NCBI GenBank assembly: GCA_049599895.1
Contig: JBMYPC010000068.1
Coordinates: 1-16,300 of the forward strand
Direction: 5' to 3'
DNA length: 16,300 nt
Origin: Bacteriovoracaceae bacterium
Lineage (GTDB): Bacteria > Bdellovibrionota > Bacteriovoracia > Bacteriovoracales > Bacteriovoracaceae
Below the pieces are notes generated by a model. The model did no database searches, had not been told where the DNA came from, and was given only the letters and a program-made list of their open reading frames with translations. Of the stretch, positions 1 through 8,232 are shown in pieces (the first letter of the stretch is position 1; every line of letters begins with the position of its first letter). The position numbers and the translations under genes were made by a program.

Positions 1-61
1 TATCTAAAATATTAACACGAAAGGTGCATTTAAAACTTGCATTCTTTCATTGGAGAACACC

Positions 62-535
62 ATGGCATTCCCAAAAGTTGGAAATAATGCACCTGCTTTT
101 ACACTTGTGAACCAAAAAGGAAAGAAAGTTTCCTTAAAAGATTTTAAAGATAAAAAGAATGTTGTTCTATATTTTTATCCTAAGGCCATGACTCCAGGTT
201 GTACTGTTCAAGCCTGCGGAATTCGAGATACAAAAAAAGAATTCCAAAAGTTAAAAACAGTTGTTTTAGGAGTCAGTCCAGATGCACCTGAGAGACTTCA
301 AAAATTTATTGATCGAGATGAGTTAAACTTTGATCTTCTCTCTGATCCTGAACATAAAATTGCTGATAAATATGGCTCTTGGGGGCCAAAGAAGTTTATG
401 GGTAAAGAGTATGATGGCATTTTAAGAACGACGTTTATTATTGGAAAAGATGGAAAGCTTAAACATGTCATGGATAAAGTTAAAACCAAAACTCATCACG
501 ATGATGTGATTGATTATATAAAAGAGAATCTATAA
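62..535 (+). CDS. bcp: Thioredoxin-dependent thiol peroxidase (BCP/PrxQ peroxiredoxin)
   Basis: Motifs VLYFYPKAMTPGCTVQAC (peroxidatic CxxxxC), GVSPD, LLSD and RTTFIIGKDG. Start moved from 50 to ATG 62 because GGAG at 52-55 is a properly spaced RBS. Confidence 0.95.
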   Translation: MAFPKVGNNAPAFTLVNQKGKKVSLKDFKDKKNVVLYFYPKAMTPGCTVQACGIRDTKKEFQKLKTVVLGVSPDAPERLQKFIDRDELNFDLLSDPEHKIADKYGSWGPKKFMGKEYDGILRTTFIIGKDGKLKHVMDKVKTKTHHDDVIDYIKENL

Positions 536-552
536 TTTTTGAGGAGTTCAAA

Positions 553-1644
553 ATGCAGGCCTTAGTCGTTTTCTTGTTCCTTTTATCATTTAATGTTCAA
601 GCGAAAGAGGACCTCAGAGTCATGTTTTACAATGTCGAGAATCTTTTCGATACGGTTCATGATGAAGGGAAAAACGACTTTACCTACACTCCAAAAGGGA
701 CAAAGGGAAAAACAGAAGCCTGTGAAAAGATCTCTTATCACCGTTATAAAAAAGAATGTCATAAAACTTCTTGGACTGAAGACAAGCTTAAGCTCAAGCT
801 TAATCAGATCAAAAGAGTTGTCGATGAAGTGAGGCCCAAGCCGCAGATCCTAGGGCTTTGTGAAATTGAAAACGAAAATGTAGTTTCAATGCTTGCTAAG
901 AAACTGGGCTATAAAAGTTTTATCGTTTCAGATTCTCCAGATAAAAGAGGGATTGATCTCGCCATTCTTTATAATGAAAATAAAGAATTAAAGTATGTCT
1001 CAAAGAAAGAACATTCGCTGAAAGGGAAGATGTTCGAGGAAAAGCCATCTCGAAATATTCTTGAAGGGAATTTTAAGTATGAAGGGAAAAACCTTTCGAT
1101 TTTTGTGAATCATTGGCCTTCTCTTTCTAATCCTACAGAAACTCGCTTAATTGCTGCTAAGACTTTGAAAGCAAGAATCGATCAGATTCTCAAAGCTGAT
1201 AAGAATCATGCGATCTTGGCCATAGGAGACTTTAATACGATTCCTACAAACTATCCTCATCCTTTTGAGAGTGTTCTTCTTTCTGATAAGTCTATGAGAG
1301 ATCTTGATACCACTTATCGAAAGGATCGCTCCATAGGCTGGGATGTTAAAAACAAGCAGCCGCTGGGAACTTATTTTTATGCTCGGGCCATGACTTGGAA
1401 TCTCTTAGATCGAATTTTCTTTTCTTCGAATCTCCTTGATCAAAAGGGGTTTGAAATTGACGTTGCAAGTTATCGTATCTTTTCTCCAGAGTTTATTACG
1501 AGAACTTTTATTTATGAGAGAAAAGGTGAATATCTTTATGGAAGCAAGGTTAATGGAGTGCCTGCGCGTTATAATCATCAAGCAAAAAATAGTAAAACAG
1601 CCGGATTTTCGGATCACTTTGCGCTCTACGTAGACCTTAAATAG
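553..1644 (+). CDS. Secreted endonuclease/exonuclease/phosphatase (EEP) family protein
   Basis: Sec signal peptide ending VQA. EEP motifs YNVENLFD, LCEIEN, DKRGID, NHWPS, GDFN, LDRI and SDH. RBS GAGGAG at 541-546. Confidence 0.9.
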   Translation: MQALVVFLFLLSFNVQAKEDLRVMFYNVENLFDTVHDEGKNDFTYTPKGTKGKTEACEKISYHRYKKECHKTSWTEDKLKLKLNQIKRVVDEVRPKPQILGLCEIENENVVSMLAKKLGYKSFIVSDSPDKRGIDLAILYNENKELKYVSKKEHSLKGKMFEEKPSRNILEGNFKYEGKNLSIFVNHWPSLSNPTETRLIAAKTLKARIDQILKADKNHAILAIGDFNTIPTNYPHPFESVLLSDKSMRDLDTTYRKDRSIGWDVKNKQPLGTYFYARAMTWNLLDRIFFSSNLLDQKGFEIDVASYRIFSPEFITRTFIYERKGEYLYGSKVNGVPARYNHQAKNSKTAGFSDHFALYVDLK

Positions 1645-1655
1645 GCTTCATATCA

Positions 1656-1684
1656 TTGACACTTATCTAGTGATGGTGAAGAAT
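1656..1684 (+). promoter_or_regulatory. Possible sigma70 promoter for the lipoprotein-ppc genes
   Basis: Perfect TTGACA (1656-1661), 17-bp spacer and AAGAAT (1679-1684, 4/6 match to TATAAT) in the intergenic region. Confidence 0.4.
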
Positions 1685-1745
1685 ATTGCCATCTAAGGTA
1701 ACACCTGATTTTCTGAACTTATCCCCAATATGCCCGGAGGTTGAA

Positions 1746-2051
1746 ATGCGTGCAAAGGCCCAAAATATTTTAGTTGTTCTTACCGTCCTTTTATCATTTT
1801 CTTGTTCTGTTTCTAAGAAAAAGCTCACTGCTGAGGGTGGCAAAGTTCGTATTCTTGATTTTAAGAAAAATACTGGTTGCTCAGTTATTGATAAGGTTGT
1901 CGGTGAAAATGATATGGATTCTGAAGACCTTGCAAAAAATCACGCTCGAAACCTTGCGGCAAAGTCTGGTGGAAATGCGATTTATTTTGATGAAATCATT
2001 AGAAATGGTTCAAGCATAAAAATCCATTCGACTGCTTATCAGTGTAACTAA
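1746..2051 (+). CDS. Small lipoprotein, DUF4156-like
   Basis: RBS GGAGG at 1736-1740 precedes ATG 1746, which is preferred over 1686. Lipobox LSFSC. Pattern LTAEGGKVR..C..V.G....A.N.ARN.AA..GGNAI......AY.C is typical of DUF4156. Confidence 0.75.
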   Translation: MRAKAQNILVVLTVLLSFSCSVSKKKLTAEGGKVRILDFKKNTGCSVIDKVVGENDMDSEDLAKNHARNLAAKSGGNAIYFDEIIRNGSSIKIHSTAYQCN

Positions 2052-2083
2052 ATTTTAATCAATCGCCCTACAAGGGATTTCCT

Positions 2084-4408
2084 ATGCCAAGAACTCACCT
2101 TCCCCAAGAGTTAAAGTCACTCGTCTCATGGTCTGTTTCCCTCTTAGGGGACGCTATTAAAAAACAATTCGGAGAGGAATGCTATAAAGAGATCGAGAAG
2201 CTTCGAAGATCGATGCGAGATTCCAGAAGCTTTGATGAGAAGACTTTAAATACAAAGCTTTTAAAAAAATTAAGCTCACTTCAAGATCTTTCTGATGAGG
2301 CTTTATTCAATATTACTCATAGCTACTCTTGTATGCTTGAGCTTATCAACCGATGTGAGATGGCCTATCGAACTTGGCGGTTGAGAGATAAAGAAGAAGT
2401 AGAGATCAAGGAATCTCCTTATGCAGTTGTTTTCGTTCTGACAGCTCACCCTACTGAAGCTCGTTCACCTGAGTGTTTAAACTATTTTAAAATGATCCAG
2501 CTAAAGCTTCTTAAGGCCTTAGAAAAGGACCAAGACCTTCTAGAGGGCGACCTTAAGATTCTCCTTCAACTAGTCCTTCAAGTTCCACTGGCAAGAGACA
2601 ATAAGCCAACTGTTGAAGATGAAGCTCACCACATTTTTTCTTTTGTCCTTAAAGATGAAATTCTTAAACAGCTTATAAAGTTCTACTCAGAGGGACATAC
2701 AGTCACATTGAGAACCTGGGTTGGAGGAGATAAAGACGGACACCCTGGGGTTAATGAAAGAACTCTTTCCAATGTTTTAAATCTGTCACGAACTTATCTC
2801 ATTAGTTATTTAAGAAAACGCCTCGCCGAGATTGAAGCTCTCTTTCATTATAGAGATGATATTAGTGATGAAAACTATGCCATTCTAAGCCTTGTCGAGA
2901 AGATTAAGTTGCACCTTGTGACTATGGAAAAAGTTCTTCCTCATGATGGAGACAAAGTGAGCGAGCTTCGAGCACTCGTCAGTAGTCTTAATCAAGTGTT
3001 TAAGAAAACCTATAAATCATCTCTTAAGCCACTTGATCAAATAAATGGTCTTCTTTGGATTTTTCCGGCGCTTGTTTTACCGCTGGAGCTTCGTGAGGAC
3101 AGCCTTGTGGTTCTTGAAGCGAAAAAAGATAAAGAGCAACCGATTCGAAAAATGCTTGAAAAGGTTGAAGCCTTTTCCAAGGGCTTTGAGCCTAAATGGT
3201 ATGCAAGAGGGTTGATTCTTAGTATGTGTGAGCAGGCCTCTCACATTAAAGGGGCGATTTCTCTCGTCAAAGATGTTTTCGGTTCTGCTAAGCTTCCCGT
3301 TGTGCCACTCTTTGAAAACCAGTTGGCCCTTGAAAACTCTAAAGTCATTCTTGATGAGCTTTTTTCATCGTCAGCAAAAATTGTAAAAGATCATCAAAGC
3401 TTATATGGTTCACGATTTGAGGTAATGCTAGGTTATTCTGATTCCTCTAAAGAAAATGGTGTCTTTGCCAGTCGGTTGATGATTGCTGAAGCAATGAGAA
3501 AAATTGAAGCAATTGTTAAAAAGTATAAACTCACTCCCGTTTTCTTTCATGGATCAGGTGGAAGTGTTGAGCGAGGTGGAGGTTCGATTAAAGAACAAAC
3601 CAATTGGTGGACGAAATCGGCGATTAACCTCTATAAAGCCACTATCCAAGGTGAAATGGTGGCGAGAAACTTTTCAACTTCTGAAGTTTTCAGCAGTACG
3701 GTTCGAAAAATTATCAGTCAAACAGCTGATGTGAAAAGTCAAAAGCAGGGGACTCCACTTCTTAAAAACTTTTCAAAACTTGTAAGGACTCAGTATCGAA
3801 AGCAAGTTTCAGATTCTGAGTTTTTAAGAATGGTTGAATTTGCGACCCCTTATACCTTTTTGAGTCAGCTTAAAATTGGCTCTCGTCCATCAAAGCGAAA
3901 AAGTGGTGGTTTAAACCTCGATTCATTAAGGGCCATTCCCTGGATTCTTTGCTGGACTCAAACAAGAAGTCTCTTTCCAACTTGGTGGGGAGTGGGAAGC
4001 GCATGGGAAGAGCTTGGGAGCTCTGAAAAGCAGCAAATGAAAAAAGCTTTTAAAGAAAATGATCTTCTCGCGTCTTATATCCATTCTCTTAGTTTTACTC
4101 TTGCTAAAGTTGAGCTTGGAATATTTTTTCTTTATCTTGATCACTCAAAATTAGAAAAGAGTGAAGTGAAGGCTTTTAAAGAGCTTTTTAGCAATGAATA
4201 TGAAAAGGCCTTGAAGTTTGTGAAGGCCTTAACGGGGAAACAAGATCTTCTTTGGTACAGACCATGGCTAGGGGAGAGTATTCATCTACGCTCTGTGATG
4301 ATTCACCCACTTAATCTCATTCAGCTTATTTCTCTTGAAAGAGGAAATTCGAAACTTCTTAGAGAAACTGTCACTGGGATTGCTTGTGGGATGTTAACTA
4401 CGGGCTAG
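2084..4408 (+). CDS. ppc: Phosphoenolpyruvate carboxylase, bacterial type, shortened and divergent
   Basis: Motifs VLTAHPTE, WVGGDKDGHP, PLFE, MLGYSDSSKENG, FHGSGGSVERGGG, TIQGE, IGSRPSKR, LRAIPW..WTQTR and C-terminal GIACGMLTTG. Confidence 0.93.
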   Translation: MPRTHLPQELKSLVSWSVSLLGDAIKKQFGEECYKEIEKLRRSMRDSRSFDEKTLNTKLLKKLSSLQDLSDEALFNITHSYSCMLELINRCEMAYRTWRLRDKEEVEIKESPYAVVFVLTAHPTEARSPECLNYFKMIQLKLLKALEKDQDLLEGDLKILLQLVLQVPLARDNKPTVEDEAHHIFSFVLKDEILKQLIKFYSEGHTVTLRTWVGGDKDGHPGVNERTLSNVLNLSRTYLISYLRKRLAEIEALFHYRDDISDENYAILSLVEKIKLHLVTMEKVLPHDGDKVSELRALVSSLNQVFKKTYKSSLKPLDQINGLLWIFPALVLPLELREDSLVVLEAKKDKEQPIRKMLEKVEAFSKGFEPKWYARGLILSMCEQASHIKGAISLVKDVFGSAKLPVVPLFENQLALENSKVILDELFSSSAKIVKDHQSLYGSRFEVMLGYSDSSKENGVFASRLMIAEAMRKIEAIVKKYKLTPVFFHGSGGSVERGGGSIKEQTNWWTKSAINLYKATIQGEMVARNFSTSEVFSSTVRKIISQTADVKSQKQGTPLLKNFSKLVRTQYRKQVSDSEFLRMVEFATPYTFLSQLKIGSRPSKRKSGGLNLDSLRAIPWILCWTQTRSLFPTWWGVGSAWEELGSSEKQQMKKAFKENDLLASYIHSLSFTLAKVELGIFFLYLDHSKLEKSEVKAFKELFSNEYEKALKFVKALTGKQDLLWYRPWLGESIHLRSVMIHPLNLIQLISLERGNSKLLRETVTGIACGMLTTG

Positions 4409-4438
4409 AAAAGATTTTTTAGCGAACGCTTCTGTGAT

Positions 4439-4903
4439 TTATATCAGACTTATTGTGGACTTAAGAACATCTTTTAGTTTTTCATTTAAAGGGTAGTGCT
4501 CTTCTTTAATGGGAGCACATTCTCTTTCTGATGGTGGAGTTGTTCTTTTTTGAGCGATGAAATATTTCACGCCAGTTTTCATCTCTTCAAGAAAGTCTGG
4601 GTTGATTTCATGGGCCTCATTGGGAGTTGCTGTTTTAAGGAGATGTTCTTGATCTTGGTAGTGAAACTCTAAAAGCTCGATAGGATATTCTTGATTTAAA
4701 AACTCTAATAAGCTTAAGGATTCACTCCAAAAGTTATTTGGTCCTTTGATTTCAATGTCACGATATTCCTTGCCAAGGGATTCTTCTAAAGTTGAGTAAA
4801 AACATAGACCTTCATTGGCCTCAAGTTGAAAGTAGGTGAAGGCAGAATGCTTTTTTGGGACTCGAATTTTTAAACAAAAAGTTGAGTGATTTATTTCATT
4901 CAA
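4439..4903 (-). CDS. DUF4911-like protein with C-terminal extension
   Basis: TTG start with AGGA upstream. The N-terminal segment IRVPKKHSAFTYFQLEANEGLCFYSTL resembles DUF4911. It is the only long ORF in the interval. Confidence 0.65.
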   Translation of the reverse strand: MNEINHSTFCLKIRVPKKHSAFTYFQLEANEGLCFYSTLEESLGKEYRDIEIKGPNNFWSESLSLLEFLNQEYPIELLEFHYQDQEHLLKTATPNEAHEINPDFLEEMKTGVKYFIAQKRTTPPSERECAPIKEEHYPLNEKLKDVLKSTISLI

Positions 4904-4931
4904 AGTATTTTCCTAAATTTAAGCTTAAAAG

Positions 4932-4959
4932 TTGACATGGAGCCTAGTCGATTTAAAAT
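4932..4959 (+). promoter_or_regulatory. Sigma70-type promoter for the TPR-LysM(-topA-DUF368) genes
   Basis: TTGACA (4932-4937), 16-bp spacer, TAAAAT (4954-4959). Predicted transcription start near 4966. Confidence 0.6.
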
Positions 4960-4965
4960 TGTATG

Positions 4966-5134
4966 TATACTGAAAACGTTTGAGTTTTCAGGCCCCGCAG
5001 CCGGTTTGCGGCAAAGGGTGCCGGTGGCACGCTTTGAAGCAGCAAGCGGAAGTTTGTGGCTTTCCGAGGGATATATATTTGAAATTAAAGAGTTCTGTTC
5101 TTTAAAAGACCAATTGAGCTATCACGGAGGAGAC
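4966..5134 (+). ncRNA. Candidate structured 5' leader or small RNA (family not recognised)
   Basis: 4991-5070 is 65% GC (52/80) in an AT-rich window. Consecutive stem-loops at 4970-4991, 4995-5011, 5012-5036, 5047-5066 and 5085-5105 lie between a consensus promoter and the GGAGG RBS. Confidence 0.4.
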
Positions 5135-5860
5135 TTGGTCACAAAATCGCTATTGCTATCACTTATTCTCTTACTCTCAAGCTGTTCGTTAACGGGAAGA
5201 AGTCTTCTTGGCTCAGATGATGAGCCTGAAATTACAACTAAACAAAAGCCTGTCTCTCGTGAGCAGTACAATCAGCTTCTTGATAAATACGAGAGTCTCA
5301 ATAAACAGCATCAACTTCTTCAAGCTGAATTGAATACCATGAAGGGTGGAACAGATCAGATGCTAGAAAACTCAAAACTTGCGACTCAGGTTGACATCAA
5401 TGAAACAGATGATCTCAAGGCAAAGCTTAATCAGCTCAATTCGCAAAGTCTCGATACGACAGTTGCCAAAATTGAGAATGCAAAGCCTGCTGGGGCAGTT
5501 GCAGCAACTTCAAAGCTTGATCCTACTGCAATCGAAATGGAGATTGATAGCCTCGCGAAGGCCAAGAAATTTATTGCTCAGAAAAGATTTAACGAAGCGA
5601 TGCAGATTCTTAAGACACTTGAAGCTTCGTCTCATAAACAAATAAGAGTGCGAGCAAAGTTTCAAACAGGTGAAATTCTTTTTAAGCAACAAGAGTTTGA
5701 CCTTGCGATGCAAATTTTTGAGGAAGTGGTCACACAAGATGCCTTTAGTGGAGTGGTGTTGAAGACTCTTGGAAGACTTGTGGTTTGTGCAGATAAGCTT
5801 AAGTTAAAACAAAAACAAGAACAGTATCACTCAATGCTTTATGACTTTTTTGAATCTTAG
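5135..5860 (+). CDS. Coiled-coil + tetratricopeptide repeat lipoprotein (CpoB/YbgF-like)
   Basis: GGAGG at 5126-5130, then TTG 5135, gives an N-terminal signal with lipobox LSSC. Coiled coil (YNQLLDKYESLNKQHQLLQAEL) and C-terminal TPR-like helices (AKFQTGEILFKQQEFDLAMQIFEEV). Confidence 0.75.
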   Translation: MVTKSLLLSLILLLSSCSLTGRSLLGSDDEPEITTKQKPVSREQYNQLLDKYESLNKQHQLLQAELNTMKGGTDQMLENSKLATQVDINETDDLKAKLNQLNSQSLDTTVAKIENAKPAGAVAATSKLDPTAIEMEIDSLAKAKKFIAQKRFNEAMQILKTLEASSHKQIRVRAKFQTGEILFKQQEFDLAMQIFEEVVTQDAFSGVVLKTLGRLVVCADKLKLKQKQEQYHSMLYDFFES

Positions 5861-5891
5861 ATTCGAAAAGTTTTAAGCAATAGGAATATAT

Positions 5892-8114
5892 TTGATAAAA
5901 CGAAGTTCTTTTTTTCTGCTTATTCTCACTTTCCTTCTTTTTGGAGGAAATCTTAAAGCTCAAGGTGATCTTGAACTTCTCGATCAATCTGATGCTGAAT
6001 TTTTAAAAAGTACTGATACTGAAGAAGATGAAGCAAAAGCGAAAAAGAAGACCAACTCTTCACCTAACACGAATACCGTTCCAGGAATTGATCCAAGTGA
6101 TATCGATGTCACGGAAACTGAAGAGGTTGATGAGCTTGAAGCCTTGAAAAGTGACATCGGCGACATTCTTATTGATGACCCTGAAATTAGTGAGGGTCTT
6201 GATAATGTTAAAGATGAGATTGCCAATGAAAAGAAGGTTAAAATCCAAGGTGATGTTCTCAATCTTAAAAACGCCAAAGAAGTGACTGCTAAAAGACCAA
6301 AAGAGAAAGGCCAAGAGATTAATGGGCAGGAGCCTGAGATTTTTGATGTTGGCGATGAAGAAAGAAAGCTTCTTGAAGTTTCAAAGTTTATTATTGATAA
6401 AATCCCTGAAAACGAATGGGATGATCTCGCCACTAAAGCAGAGCTTTCAAAATACGTCGTTCAGGAGGGTGATTGGCTTTGGAAGATTGCTCAAAGACTT
6501 TTTGGATCAGGGTTTTATTATTCGAAAATTTGGTCTCTAAACCCACAGATTACAAATCCCCATGAAATTGAGCCTGGAATGGTTCTCATTTTTGATACCG
6601 GTAGTTCTGATCGTCCCCCACAAGTTGCAGTTGGTGAGTTTAAAAGGCTCAAGCAAGGAGTTACCGGAGCTCAAGCACTTGGTCTTTTTGATTGGGAGCT
6701 TTATGGCGATGAGGTTGAGCCGCCTTGGTTTAAAGAAAGACAAAATCTCTTAAACGATGGAATCTTTTTTCAATATGCATCTGATGACACTTATGAAGAT
6801 CTTGCTGATTTTTCAAAAGCAGCCCTTGAAAGGGAATATGAAAAGTATGAACCTCCCATTCGTGAAATCTTAATTGAAGAACCTAAGTTTACTCAGTTTG
6901 ACGACACTGGTTTTGATAAGTCTTCAAGAGTGAGCTTCGATTTTAAAGAAGGTTTTTTTCTCAATACATTTGTTACGACAAATGTTGTTCAAGATTTAGG
7001 GCATGTGGCCCATATGAAAAAAGAAAGCGTCTTTGTCCATAAGTTTGATGAGATTTATGTGAAATTTGACGACAGTGTTAAAGTTAAGCCCGGAGATCGT
7101 TTTTCAGTCTACTCTATGGAAGGTAAGGTCTCTCATCCTATCTCTGATCGTACAGGTTTTAGATATACAATTACGGCTCAACTCAAAGTGATTAGACAGA
7201 AAGACCACCTTTGGGAATGTCTTGTTACAGAGTTAACAGGAATTGTGCAAAGAAAAGATCGTCTGACTGTCTTCACTCCCAAAATCAACCGAATCATTAA
7301 GACATTTAATAAAAGAATGATCGAAGCTGCTGTCATTGACTCTTATAACGACACTGCAAATGGTCTTTCATTTGGAGATGTGGTCTACCTTGATCGTGGT
7401 CGTGCGGATGGGGTTGAGATGGGCAATGTCTTTGAAGCTTATTCATTCATTGATCGTGGGACTGATAAAAAGATTACTCCTAACCCAACTTATAAAATTG
7501 GTGAGATCACGGTGATCAGCCTTTCAGATAATTTTTCAACAGGACTTATCACTAATAGTAAGCTTGAAATAGCCCTTGGTAACCTTGCAATTACTAAAAC
7601 TGAAGAACAAGCGGCAAGGCTTGCTAAAGTTCAAAGAGGGAGTGAGCTTCAGTCTTTAAGAGATATGGAGGCCAAGAGTCTTGATGAGCTCGATGTGGAA
7701 CTCAATCTTGATAACTATACGAGAGACCTTCTTGAAAAAGCTGATCAGATTCAACTTACAGAAGATGAACTTGAAGAGCTTGAAAGACAAGAACGAGAAA
7801 AATCAGTCATCAAGGAACATGAAAGAGATCTTCGTGAACTTGAGAGATTGGAAGCTGAAATTTCTGAAGCAGAGCAGAAACTTAGTGAAAAGCGCGTCGA
7901 TGAAGACAAGTATCTTGAGCAACAGTCATTAGAAGAAATCGAGAAGGGGACAAAAGCGCCGAGCAAGGATGCTTTTGAGTCTCTTAACGAAATTGAAAAT
8001 GAAATAGGGCGTAAATATTTAGACGAAGATATCAATGCCAAAGAAAATCCTTACGGTCTAACTGACTTTGACCTTGAAGAAATTGATGAATTGTTGAATA
8101 CTGAATCCTTGTAG
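5892..8114 (+). CDS. Exported LysM peptidoglycan-binding protein (TsaP-like) with acidic extensions
   Basis: Signal peptide ending LKA. LysM domain YVVQEGDWLWKIAQRLFGSGFYYSKIWSLNPQITNPHEIEPG. Beta-rich domain with GDVVYLDRGRADGVEMGN. Acidic coiled-coil C-terminus. Confidence 0.85.
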   Translation: MIKRSSFFLLILTFLLFGGNLKAQGDLELLDQSDAEFLKSTDTEEDEAKAKKKTNSSPNTNTVPGIDPSDIDVTETEEVDELEALKSDIGDILIDDPEISEGLDNVKDEIANEKKVKIQGDVLNLKNAKEVTAKRPKEKGQEINGQEPEIFDVGDEERKLLEVSKFIIDKIPENEWDDLATKAELSKYVVQEGDWLWKIAQRLFGSGFYYSKIWSLNPQITNPHEIEPGMVLIFDTGSSDRPPQVAVGEFKRLKQGVTGAQALGLFDWELYGDEVEPPWFKERQNLLNDGIFFQYASDDTYEDLADFSKAALEREYEKYEPPIREILIEEPKFTQFDDTGFDKSSRVSFDFKEGFFLNTFVTTNVVQDLGHVAHMKKESVFVHKFDEIYVKFDDSVKVKPGDRFSVYSMEGKVSHPISDRTGFRYTITAQLKVIRQKDHLWECLVTELTGIVQRKDRLTVFTPKINRIIKTFNKRMIEAAVIDSYNDTANGLSFGDVVYLDRGRADGVEMGNVFEAYSFIDRGTDKKITPNPTYKIGEITVISLSDNFSTGLITNSKLEIALGNLAITKTEEQAARLAKVQRGSELQSLRDMEAKSLDELDVELNLDNYTRDLLEKADQIQLTEDELEELERQEREKSVIKEHERDLRELERLEAEISEAEQKLSEKRVDEDKYLEQQSLEEIEKGTKAPSKDAFESLNEIENEIGRKYLDEDINAKENPYGLTDFDLEEIDELLNTESL

Positions 8115-8131
8115 ATCCCATTAAAAAACTA

Positions 8132-8151
8132 TATTAAGGAAAACCTTAATA
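8132..8151. repeat. Intergenic inverted repeat (8-bp stem, 4-nt loop) upstream of topA
   Basis: TATTAAGG-AAAA-CCTTAATA. A second stem, GGTAAC/GTTACC, lies at 8165-8189. Confidence 0.5.
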
Positions 8152-8232
8152 AATGAAGACGAATGGTAACGAAATTTCAGTTAGTTACCTTCACTCGAAA
8201 GACCTATGGGACTCATAAAGGGTAAAGATCAA

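Noticed and set aside
19..48. Imperfect inverted repeat upstream of bcp
   Set aside because: Bulged stem at the window edge with no context to assign a function.
4988..5046. Resemblance to SRP RNA (TCAGG...AAGCAGC) or a c-di-GMP-I riboswitch (GGCAAA)
   Set aside because: The SRP motifs are separated by ~44 nt instead of a short GNRA hairpin. The GAAA tetraloop/receptor and GCAAAG-P3 architecture of c-di-GMP-I are not in the proper arrangement.
4886..5134. 83-aa N-terminal extension of the TPR ORF given in the ORF track
   Set aside because: It overlaps the opposite-strand gene start and a consensus promoter and would bury the lipoprotein signal. GGAGG + TTG 5135 is a far better start.
5984..6433. 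149-aa antisense ORF (and 7751-8041)
   Set aside because: Ser/Phe-rich shadow of the Glu/Asp/Lys-rich sense gene, with no independent coding evidence.
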